Shown here piece by piece: positions 58,682-64,000 of a stretch of DNA of 64,000 nt (positions within the stretch are counted from its first letter, which is position 1; every line of letters begins with the position of its first letter). This stretch comes from Planctomycetota bacterium. GTDB taxonomy: Bacteria > Planctomycetota > SZUA-567 > H5-PLA8. Under the pieces are notes generated by a model. The model was not told the origin of the DNA, did no database searches, and was given only the letters and a program-made list of their open reading frames with translations. The stretch covers positions 143,595 through 207,594 of the forward strand of contig JBBRPR010000008.1 of assembly GCA_038227875.1 (NCBI GenBank), in the 5' to 3' direction. The position numbers were made by a program, and so were the translations under genes.

Positions 58682-60298
58682 CTACTTCGCACTCGCAAGA
58701 TGCTCGGCCAGCCGCAGCGCCAGCGCGGCGGTGGTGAGGCTGGGGTTGCCCGGTCCGGACGCGGGAATGACCGACGTGTCGCAGATGTACAGATTGTCGC
58801 AGCCGTGCACTTTCTGATGCGCATCGACGACGCCGTGTTTTGGGTCGTCGTCCATGCGGCAGGTGCCACGCATCTCCGCGCCGCCGGGCGGTGAATCGTA
58901 ACAGCATTCCTGTTCCACGATCTTGCCGCCACTTTCTTTGGCGATGGTCTGGCCGACCTTCAGCATTTTCTGGAGTAGTTCCAAGTCGGCGCGGCTGTGC
59001 TGCGAACTCAAGCGCGCAGCGGGTCGGTCGTGCGGATCGCGGACGGCCGGGTCGAGCGTGATCCGGTTGTCGGGCGAGGCAATCGTGCCGGTCTCGATCA
59101 GCACGCCAACGGCTCGGCCGAAACGCGAGAGCACTTCACCAACGCGCGCGGCGCCGAAGGGCTGGGACGTGAGGCGGTGCGCGTAGTCGAGCGGACGGAC
59201 GAGGCCCAGCGCTTCCTGCGTGATCGTGATCATGTAGTTGCGGCCGCCGAGCTCGCCTTCGGCGATCGATTCCATCGAGGGGCCGATGTCCGAGCGCAGC
59301 GGTTCGTCGAAGAGGAGCGTGTGCGCCAGGTCGAGTTGCTCGACCACGTAACGTCCGACCTGATCGTGAGCGTTGCCGATGCCGTCGGGATAGTTGCGCG
59401 AATTGGAGAGCAGCAGCAGGCGCGGCGTCTCGACCGGACCACACGAGACCACGAACAACGGCGCTTCGACGCGCTTGTTTACGCCTTCGGGATGCAGCGG
59501 ATCGGAGTAGTCGGCGTACTCGATGGCGGCGATCTTCTCCGGCGACTGGCGGTTGGGGATCAGCTTCAACGCCTGCGCATGCGTGATGATTTCCAGGTTG
59601 CCGGGGAAGAGTTGGGCTGCGGGCGCGAGCATGGCGAGGTCGTAACTCGACTTTGCGCCCGTCGGACAGCCGGAACTGCAGCGGTTGAGCCGCGCGCAGC
59701 CGTTGCGTCCGGTGGCTTCGTCGTTCTGAGAACGGATCGCCAGCGATGCGGGACCGAGTTTCAGTCCGGCGCGTTCGAACGCGGCCTGCATGCGCTTGGA
59801 GGCGACGCCCAGCGCGTGTGGCGGATTGTGGTGATAAGGCTTGGCGCCATGAACGTTCAGGCGCTCTTCGGCCACGGCGTAATAGGGAGCGAGGTCGACC
59901 TTCTCCAGCGCGGTGCCTTTGAATTCCACCGGCGTCCAGCGGTCGCTGCAGGCTTGAAAGTGGAGCGTCGAACCGCCGAGTCCGAGCACGCGGAAGAGCG
60001 TCGCGGACGGTCGCGTGGTGAGCTTCGGTTTCTGTTGATAGACACTGAAACTGCGCAGCTCGTCGAAGCCTTCGAGCAGTGCGCTGTCCTCCGGAGAGGT
60101 GTACGGCGCGCGCGGATCGAATTCGTGGAAGGCGCGCGGCACGCCGTCATCATCGCACTGTTCACGGACGAAGTCGGTCTTGGCGGCGATCTTCCGGCCA
60201 AATTCAAGCAGCAGTACGCGCTTGCCGCGGCGGGCGAGTTCGCCGGCAAGCGTCGCGCCTCCAGCTCCGGAACCGATCACGCAGACCTCGGGCGTCAT
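58682..60298 (-). CDS. GMC-family FAD oxidoreductase (dehydrogenase large-subunit type)
   Basis: GSGAGG, LGGST, Cx5Cx3CP, ETPRLLLLS, GTCRM, NPSLT. Confidence 0.9.
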   Translation of the reverse strand: MTPEVCVIGSGAGGATLAGELARRGKRVLLLEFGRKIAAKTDFVREQCDDDGVPRAFHEFDPRAPYTSPEDSALLEGFDELRSFSVYQQKPKLTTRPSATLFRVLGLGGSTLHFQACSDRWTPVEFKGTALEKVDLAPYYAVAEERLNVHGAKPYHHNPPHALGVASKRMQAAFERAGLKLGPASLAIRSQNDEATGRNGCARLNRCSSGCPTGAKSSYDLAMLAPAAQLFPGNLEIITHAQALKLIPNRQSPEKIAAIEYADYSDPLHPEGVNKRVEAPLFVVSCGPVETPRLLLLSNSRNYPDGIGNAHDQVGRYVVEQLDLAHTLLFDEPLRSDIGPSMESIAEGELGGRNYMITITQEALGLVRPLDYAHRLTSQPFGAARVGEVLSRFGRAVGVLIETGTIASPDNRITLDPAVRDPHDRPAARLSSQHSRADLELLQKMLKVGQTIAKESGGKIVEQECCYDSPPGGAEMRGTCRMDDDPKHGVVDAHQKVHGCDNLYICDTSVIPASGPGNPSLTTAALALRLAEHLASAK

Positions 60299-60879
60299 CG
60301 CTTGACGTCCGAGAGTTCAATGACGCGCAGCGCCAGCGGCGGCAGTTCCCAGAACGCGACTTCCAGATCGCTACGCAGCCGCAGGAGGTAGTTCTGCAGA
60401 GCCGTGTGGGCGGCGGAGTCATCGGCCGTGGCGGCGGGATCGGGTGCGGCGAATAATTGGGTCAGCCACGCGTTCCGCTTTTCGGCGGGGAGGTCCTGCC
60501 ACATTGCCTTGGTCTTCTCCGTGAGCGCGTCGAGCTGCTGAATGTGCCATGGCGCAAAACGTGGATCGGCGCTGAGCGTGCCGCCGATGCGCGCTGCTTC
60601 CGCCGCGGCGAGCTGGGCGAGCGTGGCATCGTCGAGTTTCAGTGCGGCTGGTGGAAGCAGATCGGCAGCGAGCGCCGCGAGCGTCTGGGCGCGGACTTTG
60701 CCCAGCGGCGCACAGGCGTCGAGCCACGGCGAACTTCCGGCAAGCTGCGGGGACTTGCCGTCGTCTTCTGCCAACGCGCGCAACGGACTGACCGCGGCGA
60801 GCAGGGCGGGGGAGAGCAGCAGGGCGAGGAAACGGCGGCGTTCGATTCCGGACACCTCGCCACCGGTGCCACCGTTCAT
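60295..60879 (-). CDS. Tat-signal small partner subunit (gluconate 2-dehydrogenase gamma-like)
   Basis: ATGA overlaps at both ends; ERRRFL twin-arginine motif; TLAALAADLLP. Confidence 0.65.
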   Translation of the reverse strand: MNGGTGGEVSGIERRRFLALLLSPALLAAVSPLRALAEDDGKSPQLAGSSPWLDACAPLGKVRAQTLAALAADLLPPAALKLDDATLAQLAAAEAARIGGTLSADPRFAPWHIQQLDALTEKTKAMWQDLPAEKRNAWLTQLFAAPDPAATADDSAAHTALQNYLLRLRSDLEVAFWELPPLALRVIELSDVKR

Positions 60880-63491
60880 GGACGGACCTGGAGCAGCCCA
60901 TCGGGCGGCGAGAAGCTGCCTTCGCCTTTGATCTGACCGAACGGTGCGAGCTCGAGCTTCAAGCTGATCTTGTAGTTTCCGTTTTCCATGCTCTTGGGCG
61001 GCAGCACAAAGTAGAACGGCAGGAAGCCATCTTCCGCGGGATTCCACGCGCTGGAGAAAAGCTTGCGGCCGCTGGGCGCTGTGCATTCCACCGTGACGCG
61101 CGCGAGCTTGCTGTCGAAGCGGCCATACGTCTGCTGTCCGCCATCGTCGATGTGCGGGACGTGGATCTTCAGCACCTGGCCGCCCTTGGGCACGGGGTAC
61201 TTGCTCTTCAGTGAACAGATGTCGCATTCGTCGATCACTTCCGGTTGAACCTGGACGGTCAGCTTGTCGGCAAAACTCTTCTCGGTGACCTTGTTCGCTT
61301 CGACCTCGAAGAATCCGCTCGGCCCTTCGGTGACCAGCGCGCGGCTGCTGGCAACGGCAACGGCGGCGTGGACGATCTGGTACTTTCCGACCGGCAACGG
61401 CATAGGCATGTTCACCGCGCTGGTGATGTCGAAAACGCGCGAGCCGGACTGGACCTGCAGGTTGATCACTTTGAAGCCGTTCAGTTCGGGCTGCTTGATA
61501 TGGATCGAACCCAGCGCCCCTTCGAAGGGCTTGACCCACATCTTGTCGCCGGAGCGGCTGACGCGGAATTCGAAGAACGACTTGCCGACGTTCACCGTTG
61601 AAGAGAGCAGCGTGGCGTAGCGTTGTCCGGCGAACTGGAACGCGTCGGAACCGTAGTCGTTGAAGTCGCCGTTGTTGTCGTCGTCGTAGACGCGCAGCGT
61701 AATGTCATCGTAGTTCGCTTCAACATAACCGGCGCGCATGTACGGGACCGTGCGCGTGGATTTCTCGTACGTGGCGAAACTGTAAGCGCGCGCGGCCGGC
61801 GGCTGCGGCGCGTAGTCGAGCTTGAGCATCGCGCAGGGCTGTTTGTTGCCGAGATTCACCGGCGTCGTGGGCGTCGGCATCGCCGCAGTCAGAATGCGTT
61901 CGAAATTGACCGGCTGGTTGGTGCCGTCCTTCACTGTCGCTGTGCTGACGATGTGCTTAACTTCATCGACGCGGAAGAGCATGGAACTTTGCTGATCCAG
62001 ATGCAGCGGCAGCTTGCCCAGCGCGTTGGAGATCGCCACGGATTCCCAGCGGCCTTCGACGACGCCGGGCGTCAGGAAGTCAGTGCCCGCTTCTCCGAGC
62101 GCTTTAAACGCGGTGTCGGTGTCGAAGAGGACCGAACGCGGTTCGGTGACGAAGTGCGTGGTCAGTTCCTTCCAGCCTTCGCTGGCTGGATAGCCGGCGT
62201 CTTTCGATGCATTCTTGAGGCGGGCGAAGCTCAACCAGCGCGCCACACCCTTAACGCGTTCGGCGCGGATCTGCGCAAAGTCGTAGTCGAGCGTCGTGCC
62301 GGTCAGATCGGAGAGCGCCGTTTCGGCATCGCGCCGGATGTCCCAGCGGTCGCTGCCCAGGTAGTCGATCAACGGGATCAGGCACTCTTCGTTGCGCAGA
62401 TGGGCCTGCGCCGTCAGGCCGTAAAACGTAACCTGCTCGTCTGACTCGTGGGCCATCGCGTCGATTGATTTGGCCAGTTCCGGGCGCGCCGACCAGGCCA
62501 CGGCCATCGCTGCGATCTCGCGAGCGAGCATGTCGTCGGACGCGCCGCTCTTGGCCAGCCCGATGGAGATGTCGTCGTCGTTGGCCGCCGCAGCCGGCTT
62601 CTCTTCACCGAAGATTCTGGCGATCTTGCGCTGCGCGTCGGTTTCGCGGAGTTCCATCAGGGAGAGAAAATCCTTGTCACCATTGACTTGGACATCGGCG
62701 AATTTCAAGACGCGGCGCCAGAGCGCCGGAGTCTGCAGCTTCCAGAGGATCGGGCAGATTTCTTTAACGTACGCGGGATTCTTTTCCGTGATCACCAGGC
62801 GGACCAACCCGGAGAGCGTGGAGGCGTCGGCGTGTTTGGCAAAGACGCCCAGCGCCGCATCGCCGAGGTCCTTGGGCAGGTCGCCGCGGGTCTCCAACAT
62901 GTTAAGCAGGATCGGTTCGTAGCGGACGAACGAGGCCTTATCCATGACCTTGAGGCAGTAGACGGCCAAGGGCGCGTCCTGGCCTTCGGCGTACTCACAG
63001 ATTTTGATCGACGCCTGTTCGCCCATGTCAGCGAGCTTGTCGACGGACTGCTCGGCCTTCTGCTTGCGGTCTTCGCTGCGGACGCCGGCCATTTTTTCGA
63101 TCAGGTTATCGATGGTGGCCTTGACCGCGCCGGGGACGTGCGGGCGTTCGAAAAACGGATCTTCTTTCACGCGCTGCTCGTAGTTGACCTGGTCTTCGTT
63201 CTTGTCGGGAGAGACCGGCGCGCGGTAGGCCGTTTCGCCGTAGCGGTGGCCGTGGCCTGCGCCCCAGCGGTAGCCTTTGAACCCGCCCGTGGAGGTGCTG
63301 TTGAATCCGGTCTGCGTGACGCCCTGAATAATGCTGCGATCTCCGGCGGCAGTGCCGTTGACCGGCGGAGGCGGACCGCCACCGCTGCTGTGACCGTGGC
63401 CGGCCAGCAAGCGCGATTGAAGCTCCATACCCCCCAGCAGAAGCAGCGCGCAAGCGACACACAATCCCCATCGCTTCAGCTGTTTTGCCAT
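60876..63491 (-). CDS. Large secreted HEAT-repeat protein with C-terminal beta domains
   Basis: Signal peptide; LIDYLGSDRWDIRRDAETALSDLTG; DDDNNGDFND Ca-loop; GHGH motifs. Confidence 0.8.
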   Translation of the reverse strand: MAKQLKRWGLCVACALLLLGGMELQSRLLAGHGHSSGGGPPPPVNGTAAGDRSIIQGVTQTGFNSTSTGGFKGYRWGAGHGHRYGETAYRAPVSPDKNEDQVNYEQRVKEDPFFERPHVPGAVKATIDNLIEKMAGVRSEDRKQKAEQSVDKLADMGEQASIKICEYAEGQDAPLAVYCLKVMDKASFVRYEPILLNMLETRGDLPKDLGDAALGVFAKHADASTLSGLVRLVITEKNPAYVKEICPILWKLQTPALWRRVLKFADVQVNGDKDFLSLMELRETDAQRKIARIFGEEKPAAAANDDDISIGLAKSGASDDMLAREIAAMAVAWSARPELAKSIDAMAHESDEQVTFYGLTAQAHLRNEECLIPLIDYLGSDRWDIRRDAETALSDLTGTTLDYDFAQIRAERVKGVARWLSFARLKNASKDAGYPASEGWKELTTHFVTEPRSVLFDTDTAFKALGEAGTDFLTPGVVEGRWESVAISNALGKLPLHLDQQSSMLFRVDEVKHIVSTATVKDGTNQPVNFERILTAAMPTPTTPVNLGNKQPCAMLKLDYAPQPPAARAYSFATYEKSTRTVPYMRAGYVEANYDDITLRVYDDDNNGDFNDYGSDAFQFAGQRYATLLSSTVNVGKSFFEFRVSRSGDKMWVKPFEGALGSIHIKQPELNGFKVINLQVQSGSRVFDITSAVNMPMPLPVGKYQIVHAAVAVASSRALVTEGPSGFFEVEANKVTEKSFADKLTVQVQPEVIDECDICSLKSKYPVPKGGQVLKIHVPHIDDGGQQTYGRFDSKLARVTVECTAPSGRKLFSSAWNPAEDGFLPFYFVLPPKSMENGNYKISLKLELAPFGQIKGEGSFSPPDGLLQVRP

Positions 63492-63720
63492 CGCTGTAGG
63501 CCTCTCGCCACTATCTAAAGGTACGTGTTTTACCGCACTAGCACGTCGTGTTGTACTCGGTTTTGCTGCACGGGACTGCCGGAATTGTAGTTATGGGCGT
63601 AAACTGTCTTCTGTACAAGGGTTGTGAGCCGAATTTCTGTTCTCTGATTGGCCTAAAAAGGCTCACGCAAAGCCGCTAAGACGCAAAGAACTGCAGGTTG
63701 GTGTTGAGTTCTCCTTGCTC

Positions 63721-63754
63721 GGCGATGTTTCAAAATGTTACCGAATGTTACATG
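63721..63754 (-). repeat. Second copy of phased TGTAACATTT motif
   Basis: Reverse complement catgtaacattcggtaacattttgaaacatcgcc. Confidence 0.8.
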
Positions 63755-63879
63755 GTTTGGGGTTCGTTTTTCTGAGCGTGTGCGAATCGGCTTGAGCGCA
63801 AATCACAGGCAAGAGTGCGGGTTGGACGTTGCGATTGCAATTTGGACCCGCGCTTTTCTTGCATGAGAACCGCTGGAGT

Positions 63880-63906
63880 GTGCCACTGGTGGCTTGTCCA
63901 CCAGTG
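63880..63906. repeat. REP-like palindrome
   Basis: gtgcCACTGGTGG-cttgt-CCACCAGTG perfect 9-bp stem. Confidence 0.65.
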
Positions 63907-64000
63907 CGAACTCGCGGACGAAGGTGGATGGTTCGTGAGGGGTTGAGATCGTCTGAGACCTGGAAGGACGACTGTGGCGGCGTGGGAATCGGGCGCCCTA

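Noticed and set aside
63648..63692. GGCCTAA/ACGCAAAGCC resembling a c-di-GMP-I riboswitch
   Set aside because: Elements in wrong order and no GNRA stem; better explained as a short CGCAAAG-type tandem repeat
63748..63999. Open minus-strand frame running in from the window end (...HWWTSHQWH...KNEPQTM)
   Set aside because: Reads through REP palindromes and lacks coding bias; cannot be judged without flanking sequence

Overview
GC-rich bacterial chromosomal window, most likely from a Planctomycetota-type organism (inferred from many HEAT/TPR/PKD proteins, Zn-ribbon membrane proteins and intergenic repeat style). About 45 genes, mostly housekeeping or envelope: 2-oxoacid:ferredoxin oxidoreductase alpha/beta, prfB with its programmed +1 frameshift, mnmE-like GTPase, coaX, asnB, RlmI-like methyltransferase, hslVU, fused E1 alpha/beta dehydrogenase, lpxK, an LpxL-type acyltransferase, Hsp70-like protein, an ABC transporter whose binding protein is fused to an OmpA-like domain, three proteases (M10, C10, C1A) and a GMC oxidoreductase with a Tat partner. 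I found no rRNA, tRNA, CRISPR array, integrase or transposase. Most notable unexplained signals: (1) an orphan near-consensus promoter plus boxA-like motif driving a structured non-coding stretch with three phased 10-bp repeats, with a second copy near the window end; (2) a shared ~140-aa C-terminal domain on three unrelated secreted PKD proteins, a possible lineage-specific sorting or anchoring signal; (3) about 11 intergenic 7-bp-period tracts or hairpins with different unit sequences but the same architecture, one overlapping the mnmE 3' end; (4) four apparently leaderless genes (TANNNT-6 nt-ATG); (5) the SBP-OmpA/ABC/coiled-coil module. Family calls come from motif recognition by eye; no searches were run.
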